Assembly: GCA_963922455.1 (NCBI GenBank)
Contig: CAWUIO010000006.1
Coordinates: forward strand, 1,255 to 65,254
Reading direction: 5' to 3'
Origin: an uncultured Microscillaceae bacterium
GTDB lineage: Bacteria; Bacteroidota; Bacteroidia; Cytophagales; Microscillaceae
Length of the DNA: 64,000 nt
Position 1 is the stretch's first letter. Each line of letters starts with the position of its first letter. A program made the translations under genes and the position numbers. Under the pieces are notes generated by a model that saw only the letters and a program-made list of their open reading frames with translations, was not told the DNA's origin and searched no databases. Positions 47,184 through 57,426 of the stretch are shown in pieces.

Positions 47184-47701
47184 AAAACCTGGTATGGTGG
47201 TTGTTTTTATTAAATATACGCAATTACATGAGCCAAGTTGCTTAACTAGCCAATAATACCCTTTCTTACAAGGTAATAGGCATTTGCTTTTCGCTGAAAG
47301 CCATGCATTGTACCATTTAAGGGCTATTTGTTTATGATGGCTTTGGGCAATTATCTCAAAAGTACTTCCTCCATGGTGCCCATGCGCTAGATATACTGGA
47401 AAAAAGAAAATCTTAAAAAAATTCTAGGCCCTAACGTACTGTAGCCGTTCCGTAGCCAAAAAATGGAGGTAGCCCTCTACCCAGAGGAAAGCAGATTGAA
47501 GAAAAAAAACAAACACTTTACATAAAAGTAATTAAAGGGCGCATTTTATGCCGCTTTTAGCTCATTTTCAATACATTTGCCCGGTGAAATTAACCTGAAA
47601 TACCCTCTGAAGGCCAACTAAAACGTATGGCTTTTCGTATGCCTAAGAGAGTATTCGTGAACTCTTGGATTACGATTACACAAACTATTATCCATTAAAA
47701 T

Positions 47702-48490
47702 ATGTCCTTGCCCCGGAATTGTCGCTCGCAGACAATACTACGTAAGCTTATACAACAATTTCCCGATAACACGGACCTCATGCAAGAAATAGGTAACTTG
47801 TATCGGGAAGAAGGCCATTACGCCCGGGCACTCAAGTACTACCACAAGGCCAAACGCCTCCGAGGCGTCTACCCCGAAACGGAAAAGGCCATGGCCTACT
47901 GCTACCTCCAGTTATCTCAATTTAAAAAAGCCGCTAAGCACTATCAGGCTGCCTATGGCAAAACTGGATTTTCCTTCAGCGATTTAATCTTGTATGGGAG
48001 TAGTCTGCAAGGTATTGGGCAGTACCGCAAGGCCTTACGCTTCCACCAATTAGCATTTGAAGAAAATCCGGCATCTGTTGACAATTTAAATGCCCTGGCT
48101 TATTGCTTACAAGAGCTTAGCCATCCTTACCGGGCCTTAGACTATTACTTAATGGCGCATCACCTGGACGGCCAAAATGATTTGACCCTCCTCAATATGA
48201 GTTGGTGCTTTTTGCAAATCAAACAAATTACCAAGGCCCGTCGCTATGCCCGATTGTGTTTGGAGCAAAATTCACAAAATAAGTTGGCTTGGGTCAATCT
48301 AGGGCACACCTATTTATGCGAGGGGCGGAGCGACATTGCCAGTATGTATTATAATAATAGTTTGGTTTTGTTTGAGGATAAAACCGAATTACAAAAAATT
48401 GTGCAGTCCGACATCAAAAACCTAGGCCACTATCCCATTGGCCGATCGCAGGTAAATCAAATCATTAAAAATCTCCATATCACCTCTTAA
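47702..48490 (+). CDS. TPR-repeat protein
   Basis: Multiple TPR units (GNLYREEGHYARALKYYHKA and others). Confidence 0.7.
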   Translation: MSLPRNCRSQTILRKLIQQFPDNTDLMQEIGNLYREEGHYARALKYYHKAKRLRGVYPETEKAMAYCYLQLSQFKKAAKHYQAAYGKTGFSFSDLILYGSSLQGIGQYRKALRFHQLAFEENPASVDNLNALAYCLQELSHPYRALDYYLMAHHLDGQNDLTLLNMSWCFLQIKQITKARRYARLCLEQNSQNKLAWVNLGHTYLCEGRSDIASMYYNNSLVLFEDKTELQKIVQSDIKNLGHYPIGRSQVNQIIKNLHITS

Positions 48491-48492
48491 TT

Positions 48493-48624
48493 GGCTTAGG
48501 GATGCCACTCGAAGAGCGGAGACCGCCGCTGGATGCGCGGGGGCCGGCTCCGGCTTGGCTGGCAAGCCCGACCGGCCGGCACTGAGTACCCTAGGTATAC
48601 GTACGCTCTAGCCGGTAAGCCCCA
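48493..48624 (+). repeat. Family-1 dispersed repeat, copy 14 (forward), subfamily B
   Basis: GGCTTAGGGATGCCACTCGAAGAGCGGAGACCGCCGCTGGATGCGCGGGGGCCGGCTCCGG...AAGCCCG. Stem is ACCGGC/GCCGGT around a unique segment of about 30 nt, with tail AAGCCCC. Confidence 0.8.
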
Positions 48625-48628
48625 AAAA

Positions 48629-51541
48629 CTACATGTCTTTTACAATATACTCAAACTCCATTTTCAAAAACTTCCCGGTGTAACTCTCAGGCACCTTCGC
48701 TAGGTCTTCTGGGGAACCTTCAAAAATAATGTTACCCCCATTTTGTCCCCCTTCGGGGCCAAGATCTACAATATGGTCGGATACTTTGATAACGTCCAGG
48801 TTGTGCTCAATGATGAGGACGGTATTGCCCTTCTCAACTAATTTATTGAGTACCCCCAAGAGGATGCGGATATCTTCAAAGTGCAGTCCGGTAGTCGGTT
48901 CGTCCAGAATGTATACGGTCTTACCGGTATCCTTGCGAGAGAGCTCGGTACTCAATTTAACCCGCTGGGCCTCCCCTCCCGACAAGGTTGTGGAAGATTG
49001 TCCTAAACGGATATAGCCCAAGCCCACATCTTGGAGGGTTTGGATCTTCCGTTTGATGATGGGTTGATTTTCAAAAAACCCGATGGCTTCGTCTACGGTC
49101 ATATTGAGCACGTCGGCAATGGACTTGCTTTTGAACCGGACCTCTAAAGTTTCCCGGTTATAGCGTTTCCCTTTACAAACCTCACATTCCACATAGACAT
49201 CGGGCAAGAAATCCATCTCGATGAGCTTCATTCCCCCTCCTTGACACTCCTCACAACGCCCTCCTTTTACATTAAATGAGAAACGGCCAGGTTTATAACC
49301 CCGAATCTTGGCCTCGGGTAACTGAGCAAATAAAGCCCGAATATCTGTAAAAAAGCCTACATACGTGGCGGGGTTGGAACGGGGAGTACGCCCAATCGGG
49401 GATTGGTCTACCTCAATCACTTTATCTACGTGCTCAAGCCCCTCGATCTCTTGATAGGCCAAGGGTGAACGCTTAGACCGATAAAATTTTTGATTGAGTA
49501 TGGGGAATAAGGTATCGTGTATGAGGGTCGATTTACCGCTGCCCGAGACTCCCGTGATGCATACCATCTTACCCAGGGGAAGGGTCAAGGTGACATTTTT
49601 AAGATTATTCCCCTGCGCTCCTTTTAGAATGATTTGCTGGCCATTGCCTTCCCTTCTTTCCTTTGGAATTTCTATTTGCTTGACATTCTTGAGGTAGTCG
49701 ACGGTTAGGCTGGTTTGCCCTAAAATATTTTGAGGTGAACCATGGGCAACCACCTTCCCCCCGTGTACGCCCGCCCCTTTTCCGATATCCAAGATATAAT
49801 CAGACTCAAGCATCATATCTTTATCGTGCTCTACCACAATGATGGAGTTGCCCAAATCTCTTAAATCTTTCAAAGATTGGATAAGACGGAAATTATCCCG
49901 GGCGTGTAAGCCGATACTGGGTTCATCAAGAATATAGAGAACCCCGACCAATTGTGTACCGATTTGAGTGGCTAAGCGAATACGCTGGGCCTCTCCTCCG
50001 GAGAGGGTTCTCAGCGGCCGGTCTTGGGTTAAGTAACTCAAGCCAATATTGAGTAAGAGCCCCACCCGCTTACGGATCTCTTTAAGAATATTTTCGGCTA
50101 TGATAACTTGCCTATCTTCTAGTCGATCTTCTAAATTTTCTAGCCAAGTATACAAATGCCCCATATCCATGATGGCTAACTCGTGGATATTTTTGCCGTC
50201 AATTTTGAAATGCAAGGACTCTTTTTTGAGCCTACCTCCTTCACAAGTGGGGCAGACTGAGGTTTTCAGGTAATCTTGCAGCCAATTTTTTGACTTATCG
50301 GTCCCTTCTTCTTGTACTCGTTTCAAAAAGGGGATGACTCCTTCAAACTTCGTATCATAGGAACGTTTAAAGCGATCGGAATAGACTTTATGGCTACGGT
50401 CACTCCCGTATAAGATTTGTTTCAGGAGATCTTCAGGAATCTTGCTGAGGGGGGTGCTCAGACTTAACTTTTCACTTTTTAAGATGGCTTCTATCTGTTT
50501 GAAGGCCCAAACATCCCGGTACTCCCCTAAAGGAGCAATGCCTCCCCGGCTGATGCTGAGAGATTTGTCGGGCATGATGGACTCTTCGGTAATTTCTTGG
50601 ATAATGCCTAAACCATCGCATTGGGGGCAAGCGCCATAGGGCGAGTTAAAAGAAAACATATTGGGCGCTGGCTCGTCATAGGAAATTCCGGAGGTGGGGC
50701 AAACCAATAATTTAGAAAAGAATACTGGGGTAGTTGTGTCTCGGGAATTGATGGGATTACTGACGATGCGGCCATCAGGTAGGGGGTCAGAAACCCGAAG
50801 CAGGGATTCTTTTTCGTCTGACTCGGTATATTCTAGGACTGCCATCATCCCTTTCCCTTCTTTGAGCGCTGTTTTTACCGACTGGCTAATGCGGTGTCTC
50901 TGTCCAGCCTCAATAATTAAGCGGTCAATGACGATCTCGATATCGTGAATCTTGTAGCGATCTACTTGCATTTTGGGTGCCAGCTCCCGAATTTGACCGT
51001 CAATCCGTACTTTGCTGTATCCCATTTTGCGTAATTGGAGAAATAGCTCCCGGTAGTGCCCCTTCCTTCCTTTTACGACTGGGGCCAGAAGGATTAGCTT
51101 CTTCGCCTCAAATTTATCTATCAACTGATCAATGATCTGGTCTTCAGATTGTTTGATCATTTTTTCTCCACTGATGTAGGAAAAGGCCGTTCCGGCCCGG
51201 GCAAAAAGCAGACGAAAAAAGTCATAAATCTCGGTGGTAGTTCCCACAGTAGACCGGGGATTGCGAGAGGTCGTTTTTTGCTCAATTGCAATGACTGGGC
51301 TAAGGCCATTAATTTTGTCTACGTCTGGCCTTTCCATTTCTCCAATAAAGGATCGGGCATAGGCCGAAAAACTTTCCATATACCGTCTTTGCCCTTCAGC
51401 ATAGATGGTATCAAAGGCCAGAGAAGATTTACCACTACCACTCACCCCAGTAATCACTACAAGTTTGTTCCGGGGGAATGAAATATCAATATTTTTGAGA
51501 TTGTGTTCTCTGGCGCCAAAAATTTCTATTTGCTCATCCAT
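48629..51541 (-). CDS. uvrA: Excinuclease ABC subunit A
   Basis: Two ABC modules ([13 protein letters not shown] and [10 protein letters not shown]), zinc fingers ([22 protein letters not shown]) and LSGGEAQR twice. Start taken at the ATG at 51541 ([18 protein letters not shown]). Confidence 0.95.
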   Translation of the reverse strand: MDEQIEIFGAREHNLKNIDISFPRNKLVVITGVSGSGKSSLAFDTIYAEGQRRYMESFSAYARSFIGEMERPDVDKINGLSPVIAIEQKTTSRNPRSTVGTTTEIYDFFRLLFARAGTAFSYISGEKMIKQSEDQIIDQLIDKFEAKKLILLAPVVKGRKGHYRELFLQLRKMGYSKVRIDGQIRELAPKMQVDRYKIHDIEIVIDRLIIEAGQRHRISQSVKTALKEGKGMMAVLEYTESDEKESLLRVSDPLPDGRIVSNPINSRDTTTPVFFSKLLVCPTSGISYDEPAPNMFSFNSPYGACPQCDGLGIIQEITEESIMPDKSLSISRGGIAPLGEYRDVWAFKQIEAILKSEKLSLSTPLSKIPEDLLKQILYGSDRSHKVYSDRFKRSYDTKFEGVIPFLKRVQEEGTDKSKNWLQDYLKTSVCPTCEGGRLKKESLHFKIDGKNIHELAIMDMGHLYTWLENLEDRLEDRQVIIAENILKEIRKRVGLLLNIGLSYLTQDRPLRTLSGGEAQRIRLATQIGTQLVGVLYILDEPSIGLHARDNFRLIQSLKDLRDLGNSIIVVEHDKDMMLESDYILDIGKGAGVHGGKVVAHGSPQNILGQTSLTVDYLKNVKQIEIPKERREGNGQQIILKGAQGNNLKNVTLTLPLGKMVCITGVSGSGKSTLIHDTLFPILNQKFYRSKRSPLAYQEIEGLEHVDKVIEVDQSPIGRTPRSNPATYVGFFTDIRALFAQLPEAKIRGYKPGRFSFNVKGGRCEECQGGGMKLIEMDFLPDVYVECEVCKGKRYNRETLEVRFKSKSIADVLNMTVDEAIGFFENQPIIKRKIQTLQDVGLGYIRLGQSSTTLSGGEAQRVKLSTELSRKDTGKTVYILDEPTTGLHFEDIRILLGVLNKLVEKGNTVLIIEHNLDVIKVSDHIVDLGPEGGQNGGNIIFEGSPEDLAKVPESYTGKFLKMEFEYIVKDM

Positions 51542-51636
51542 GTTGCAAAGTTGAATACAATATTTCAACCCGCAAGCAAGGATTATAGTTTTCCTTCAAA
51601 ATATTTAGGAAAGTAAGGGCCAAACTGGGCTTTTTA

Positions 51637-52413
51637 TTAGCGAATAGAACTGAGCCACTCCCACTCAAATCTGTTTAAAGAATCTACTTGGTACGTATAC
51701 TGGTCGATCCCCGATTCTCCCGTAAAAATAAAACCAAAATCCTGAGGGATCACATCGATGGCTTTTAAAGAACTGAGAGTACCTAACTCCTGGGGATAGG
51801 CCGGATCTCTTAAGTCATAATACTTGAGTCCATACTCTTTTTCGCATACGACCAATAGCGTATCTCTCACACCTAGTCCGTAGGGTTCAAACATCCCATA
51901 ATTGGTGACCATGAAGGGAGATTCTACATGGCTAATATCAATCACTTCCAAGCGGCTAAAACCATTACGGCAGGTACTGCCCCCTCTTAACGTGGCATAG
52001 GCATAATCTCCTTTGACTACTACGGGATCACAGCTGTATATGTGTTCATAAAAAGAAATAAATTGGGGAACCCCTCCCGTAGAGGTCTCATAAATATACA
52101 TACCCGTAGTTGTCCCTATGAATAAGCGGTTTTCGTAAGGAAAAATGGTTTCAATTTCATGCTCAAGTTTGTGGGTATTGATAAATTTTGGATCTTGAGC
52201 TTGGCTCACATCATAGCTTATCAATTCGCTAGGCCCTACAATATGGAGAAAATTGCCCTGGATAGACATCCGGGCCAGAGACCCTCCTTGGCCCTGAGGG
52301 TTTTGGGCTAAGGCAAATTCGTCGGAGCCCCCAACATCGGAGCATGCTCCCAAAAGGCACCATAAACCTGTATAAAAAAGTACACGAAGATATTTCTGGT
52401 TCATTTTTTTCAT
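51637..52413 (-). CDS. LVIVD-repeat-like lipoprotein
   Basis: Lipobox LLGAC, with repeated hydrophobic-x-D-hydrophobic-S/R-x-P units (LEVIDISHVESP, YYDLRDPAYP). Confidence 0.55.
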   Translation of the reverse strand: MKKMNQKYLRVLFYTGLWCLLGACSDVGGSDEFALAQNPQGQGGSLARMSIQGNFLHIVGPSELISYDVSQAQDPKFINTHKLEHEIETIFPYENRLFIGTTTGMYIYETSTGGVPQFISFYEHIYSCDPVVVKGDYAYATLRGGSTCRNGFSRLEVIDISHVESPFMVTNYGMFEPYGLGVRDTLLVVCEKEYGLKYYDLRDPAYPQELGTLSSLKAIDVIPQDFGFIFTGESGIDQYTYQVDSLNRFEWEWLSSIR

Positions 52414-52419
52414 TTGCAA

Positions 52420-52983
52420 TTAATTTAAACAAAGGTCCCCTTGCAAGTCATTGGTCCATTCCCAGCCCACCACAACTCCCCTATCGGGATTTACACACTC
52501 GAAGTAAACATTATTTTGAGGGGGGGCACTAGGACTTAAGTTTTGAGGAAAGGCATTCTCAATGCGCTTAACAAATTGAATGTTTTCTGGCTTACTCAGA
52601 TTAAAAACCAACATATCTCGCTGGTTGTCAGCATAGAGTATAAAATCCTTTACGGCAATATCTCTATTAAGTGGTATCGAGATAAAAGCTTTCTTTACGG
52701 GATTTTTCGGATCCTGATTATCTATCAAATGAACCCCACGGTTTTGGTCATTGACCAACAAGTAGGCCCCAAAGACATATATCTTTCCAGGCTCTTGAAT
52801 TTCTTCCGGGGGAAGGATCGCGTAGGACTTTACATCATCTACCTTGAGGTAAATAGGTCTGTATCCTGAATCTTTGGGAGGATCTTCGTTAATTTCCCAG
52901 TTAAAACAAGCCGTATTGCTTAGAAGAAACAGGATACATACAATGAGAGGATACAGATGTCTCATGAATTTCTTATTTTTCAT
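52420..52983 (-). CDS. Lipoprotein, LVIVD-repeat-like
   Basis: Lipobox LSNTAC and VHLIDNQDPKNP, LVFNLSKPENI units. Abuts the downstream lipoprotein gene. Confidence 0.5.
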   Translation of the reverse strand: MKNKKFMRHLYPLIVCILFLLSNTACFNWEINEDPPKDSGYRPIYLKVDDVKSYAILPPEEIQEPGKIYVFGAYLLVNDQNRGVHLIDNQDPKNPVKKAFISIPLNRDIAVKDFILYADNQRDMLVFNLSKPENIQFVKRIENAFPQNLSPSAPPQNNVYFECVNPDRGVVVGWEWTNDLQGDLCLN

Positions 52984-53151
52984 TCGTTGACAGCACGTGT
53001 AATTTCTTCGGACGGTTGCCTAGCCAAAATAGTATACCCATTTGAACCTCAATATTACATTGCATTGCATTAAAAATATTAGTAACTTAAAATAATAGCG
53101 GGAAGCTTGTATTGGCCGTATAGTTATAAAAAAACACAGCTAGATTTTGCC

Positions 53152-56100
53152 ATGAATATGAAGGCTAAGGAAACATTACCAGACATACCCCCTCCCTCAA
53201 AACCTCATAAGAGAGCGTTTTTTGGGCAAATGCATATACTTCTAGACCGTTCTGGTAATATTGTAAAACTATACCACGCTACGGGAATATTTGAAAAATA
53301 TATTGCCTCTTTTGCCCCTGTTCAAAATTACTTTTTACTTGATCTGTTTGACACCGCGCAGCATCCCCGTTTATTGGGGCTTATTCAAGAATCCTTTAAT
53401 CAAAATAGCTTAGAAGCTACCATACCTTGGGAAGGCCACCTCCTCAAACTTTCTTTTTACGAAGGTCAAAACAAAGGCCTGTCGGGGATTAATCTGAATA
53501 TATCAGCCCAGTCCACGGAGGATTCTTATATCACAGACAAACTGAAAAGTTTGCTTATGCCAGATGAAGCCCATCCAGATGAAGCTATGGCCGAAGAAGA
53601 AGCGCAATTTATTATTGATCAAGAAGGGCATTTACATTTGACCAATGAGCCAGGTAAGCAGTATATAGGCGCACAATTAAAAAAATGTGAGGAGGATAAT
53701 CCTCACTTTCTAAGTATGTGGCCATCGCAACTGCAAGGGTTTTGGAAAGAAAAAATGCAATTGATCCAATCGACTAATAATTCCTTTTTAAAGGTATCCA
53801 AAAGTCAATTGCCCCAGCACCCCTTGTTTGATCAGATTTCTCAGATAAAAATGAATGGCTTAGGAACTGCCCAAAACCCCTCAGCCAGTCTACATATACA
53901 ATGTATTTTATCTAGCAAAAGATCGTATCTCAGCTCCTATACTTTTTTACAAGCTGTTTTACAAGATAACCAAATGGGTTGGGCCATTTGGGCCGTCGAT
54001 ACTGATTTAAATATTCTTTTTGCCAATGATGTGGCAAATAAATTCAAATTGAAGGCATCGGGAAATGCCTTGATTCCGGGAACCGATTTAAGGAGCTACT
54101 GGCCCGAAGCTACTCGAGCCCACAACTTGGCAGCCTATCAAAAAGCTTTAAGAGGAGAAACCGTGGAGGTGGAAAGGCAAGAATTAACTAAGTTACCCAA
54201 CTCATGGGCTAAAATTTATTTGCAACCCCTTATCAGTGATGGAAAGATCCTTGGTATATTAGGGAGAGGGCAATTTATCGATGAACAAAAGAAAACAGAA
54301 GCCGATTTACGTAAGGCTAATGCCTATAAAACCACCTTATTAAATAGTAGTAATCAAGCAATTTGGGCCATAGACAGAGATTACAAACTGCTGTTTTTTA
54401 ATACCTACCACGCTCAAATGCAAAAGAGAATCCTCGGATGTGAGCCTAAGATTGGGGATTCGGTACTTGATTACATTCAATCTAGTGAACTCCGACAAAG
54501 CTCCATAAACCTATACGACCAAGCTTTAAAAGGGCATCATACCAGCCGAGAGAAGTGTATTATCGACTTGGAAGGAAAAGAGCTTTGGTCTGAGTTTGAG
54601 TTTAATCCGATTTTTGACGGGGACAAAATTTTGGGTGTGATGGGCGTAAGCCGGGATATCACAGAGCGAAAACTCACCGAAAAGAAACTCAAAGAAAGTG
54701 AAAACTCCTTAAAAGAGGCGCAAGCCATTGCCAGCATTGGCAACTGGTCTTACGATCACTTAGAAAACAAGCATTACTGGTCTCAGGAAATGCGCTCTAT
54801 CTTTGGAGTTCCCCCAGAGGAGCCAGTGCCTGACTATGAGCATTTTGTTGATTTTATCATCCCCGAAGACCGCCCGAAAGTCCAGAAAATTATCACCCGT
54901 CTCATGAGTAAGGAAATAACTACTCGGGAGAATTACCGAATAATGAGCCGGGAGGGAAAAGAAAAACATGTAATGGGCCTGGCCAAATCGATAGCCAATG
55001 AAGAAGGAAAAATCATCAAGATAGTTGGCGTCGTACAGGATGTAAGCAAAACCCGGCATATTGAGCTTGAACTCCGTAATCAAAAGGAGTTTCTGGAAAA
55101 TCTGATTAATAATCTGCCCATTGCTGTATTCGTAAAGGATATTAAAAATGACTACCGGCTCACTACTTGGAACCGAAAGTGTGAAGAGATATACGGAATA
55201 AGCAAAGAAAACGCCTTGGGTAAAAACGACTTTGAACTCTTTGATTCGACTACCGCTCTCCAATTTCATCAGACTGACGAAGAGGTGATGCATCAAGAGT
55301 CTGTACACTATCAGGAAGAAGTCTTAATACCCCGGAATGATAAAACCGTATATGTCTACCAAGTTAAGGTGCCTATCAAAGATGTAGACGGTCGCCCCAG
55401 CTATATATTGGGTATTGAAGAGGATATCACAGAACGCTTACAAAGAGAAAAAGAACTTATCCTTGCCAAAGAAAAAGCCGAGGAAGCCACCCGGGCCAAA
55501 ACCGATTTCTTGGCCACGATGAGCCACGAAATTCGTACGCCCATGAATGCCGTAGTCGGAATCACCAATCTTCTTATTGAAGAGAGCCTGAGCCCTGAGC
55601 AATTGAGCAAAATACAAGCCCTCAAATTTTCGGCAAAAAACTTACTGGATATCATTAATGACATCCTTGATTACAATAAAATTGAAGCCGGTAAGGTAGA
55701 GTTAGAACAAACCGAGTTTAGCCTTCTAGAACTGTGTAGAAACATTAAACACACCTACGAATACCAAGCTCAAGAAAAAGGAATACAGCTTAAACTTATC
55801 CTAGATGATGATATCCCTGCCACGCTTTTGGGAGACTCAACCCGCATATTCCAAATTTTAAATAACCTGGTGAGTAATGCCGTAAAATTTACTGAGCAGG
55901 GGATGGTCAAGTTAACTGTGCACTTCGAAGACGATTATAAAGATAAAGTTAGGGTGTTTTTTAAGGTACGAGATACCGGTATTGGCATCCCTCCCGATAA
56001 GCAAAAAATCATATTTGAACGCTATACTCAATCTGGACAGGATACCACCCGGCGTTTTGGCGGCTCAGGATTAGGCCTCGCCATCTGTAAAGGGCTATTA

Positions 56101-57051
56101 GATTTACTCGGGAGTGAAATAGAATTAAAGAGTGAGCCTGGGAAGGGATCTCAATTTGCTTTTTACTTAGATCTGCACAAATCGGATAATCTCGCCAAAC
56201 AAGGCGAGCATAAAAAAGAGATAAAAGACTGGAACGGCCTAAAAAACGCCCGCGTATTAGTAGCCGAAGACAACCCGGTCAACCAATTTGTCATCCAGGG
56301 CTACTTACATAAATGGCTTATTGATTTTGAATTTGCCAATGACGGGCAAGAAGCCATCCATAAACTTCAAGAGGGTTCTTACGATTTGATACTCATGGAC
56401 CTTCAAATGCCTAAAATGAATGGACTAGACGCAGCCAAGAAGATCCGAAACATGGAAGCCGAAAACTTCCGTAACATTCCGATAATTGCCTTAACCGCTT
56501 CTGCTTCGAGTGAAGTACGCAACAAGGTGGACCAAATCGGCATGAATGATTATGTGTCTAAACCCTTCCAACCCAACGATCTTTACTGCAAAATGCTTAA
56601 GTACTACACCCAAAGCGAATCTATTGTCTCAAACGTTCCAGAAACTCAAACCCAGGCTTCCAATACTAGCTCTACCCTAGCCTCAGACTTTAATTTGGCC
56701 AAGTATTTTGAGATCACCCACGATGATCCAAGTATGTACCAAGATCTTCTTAAACTTACTTTTAGAGAGTTTAACAATTTCATGATGGATTATCGAGAGG
56801 GTATGGAGCAAAGAGACTTAAACCGAATCCGCTCTCTAGTTCACAAAAGCTCTCCCACTATGCAATTACTCGAGTTCAATGGGCTCATACATGAAAGCAG
56901 TCAGGGTAAGCATATCTTACACCACCCCAACCCCGAAGACAATTGGATCAGTAAAAATATCAAAGAAGTCGAAAAACATTGTTTAGCCCTCCTCCATGAA
57001 CTATCTCAGAGAGCCAGTATTAGTGCCCATCCCGATATGATTAAAATCTAA
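53152..57051 (+). CDS. Hybrid sensor histidine kinase/response regulator (multi-PAS, HisKA, HATPase_c, REC, HPt)
   Basis: H-box FLATMSHEIRTPMNAV, N/G boxes NLVSNAVKFT, DTGIGIP and GGSGLGLAI, REC with DLILMDLQMPKMNG, and C-terminal HPt VHKSSPTMQLL. Confidence 0.9.
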   Translation: MNMKAKETLPDIPPPSKPHKRAFFGQMHILLDRSGNIVKLYHATGIFEKYIASFAPVQNYFLLDLFDTAQHPRLLGLIQESFNQNSLEATIPWEGHLLKLSFYEGQNKGLSGINLNISAQSTEDSYITDKLKSLLMPDEAHPDEAMAEEEAQFIIDQEGHLHLTNEPGKQYIGAQLKKCEEDNPHFLSMWPSQLQGFWKEKMQLIQSTNNSFLKVSKSQLPQHPLFDQISQIKMNGLGTAQNPSASLHIQCILSSKRSYLSSYTFLQAVLQDNQMGWAIWAVDTDLNILFANDVANKFKLKASGNALIPGTDLRSYWPEATRAHNLAAYQKALRGETVEVERQELTKLPNSWAKIYLQPLISDGKILGILGRGQFIDEQKKTEADLRKANAYKTTLLNSSNQAIWAIDRDYKLLFFNTYHAQMQKRILGCEPKIGDSVLDYIQSSELRQSSINLYDQALKGHHTSREKCIIDLEGKELWSEFEFNPIFDGDKILGVMGVSRDITERKLTEKKLKESENSLKEAQAIASIGNWSYDHLENKHYWSQEMRSIFGVPPEEPVPDYEHFVDFIIPEDRPKVQKIITRLMSKEITTRENYRIMSREGKEKHVMGLAKSIANEEGKIIKIVGVVQDVSKTRHIELELRNQKEFLENLINNLPIAVFVKDIKNDYRLTTWNRKCEEIYGISKENALGKNDFELFDSTTALQFHQTDEEVMHQESVHYQEEVLIPRNDKTVYVYQVKVPIKDVDGRPSYILGIEEDITERLQREKELILAKEKAEEATRAKTDFLATMSHEIRTPMNAVVGITNLLIEESLSPEQLSKIQALKFSAKNLLDIINDILDYNKIEAGKVELEQTEFSLLELCRNIKHTYEYQAQEKGIQLKLILDDDIPATLLGDSTRIFQILNNLVSNAVKFTEQGMVKLTVHFEDDYKDKVRVFFKVRDTGIGIPPDKQKIIFERYTQSGQDTTRRFGGSGLGLAICKGLLDLLGSEIELKSEPGKGSQFAFYLDLHKSDNLAKQGEHKKEIKDWNGLKNARVLVAEDNPVNQFVIQGYLHKWLIDFEFANDGQEAIHKLQEGSYDLILMDLQMPKMNGLDAAKKIRNMEAENFRNIPIIALTASASSEVRNKVDQIGMNDYVSKPFQPNDLYCKMLKYYTQSESIVSNVPETQTQASNTSSTLASDFNLAKYFEITHDDPSMYQDLLKLTFREFNNFMMDYREGMEQRDLNRIRSLVHKSSPTMQLLEFNGLIHESSQGKHILHHPNPEDNWISKNIKEVEKHCLALLHELSQRASISAHPDMIKI

Positions 57052-57061
57052 TATGTATTTT

Positions 57062-57195
57062 GGGGCTTGCCCGCGCCAGATAAAGTGATTTCCCATAAGT
57101 AAACAGATTGCCTGCGCGGGCCGGGCTAGGCTGCCGAGCCGGCTCACCCGCATCCAGCGGCGGTCTCGGCCCATTCGGGCGCCTATCCCTAAGCC
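57062..57195 (-). repeat. Family-1 dispersed repeat, copy 15 (reverse), subfamily B
   Basis: GGGGCTTGCCCGCGC, then a 37-nt unique segment, then GCGCGGGCCGGGCTAGGCTGCCGAGCCGGCTCACCCGCATCCAGCGGCGGTCTCGG...CCTATCCCTAAGCC. Confidence 0.85.
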
Positions 57196-57426
57196 AAACA
57201 GGAAGAGAGAAGAGAAAGTAGGAACTAGCGACCCATTGCTTGCTTCACCCTCCCTTTCCCCTCTCTCTTCTCTCTTCTCTATTCTCTGCTCTCAAGAGCC
57301 TACCCATGACATTATTTGTAAAACGCTTTATTAGGTATTTCACGGGAAAAACGTGTCTACTCTTAGGTTTTGATCGGCATCCTTAGCATATTTAACCTTT
57401 CTCTTATGTATACAAGCTGCTTAAGG

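Noticed and set aside
47184-47701. 518-bp ORF-free intergenic region as a candidate ncRNA locus.
   Set aside because: I could find no conserved RNA motif (tmRNA, RNase P, SRP, riboswitch cores) or strong structure by eye. It cannot be supported without covariance-model searches.
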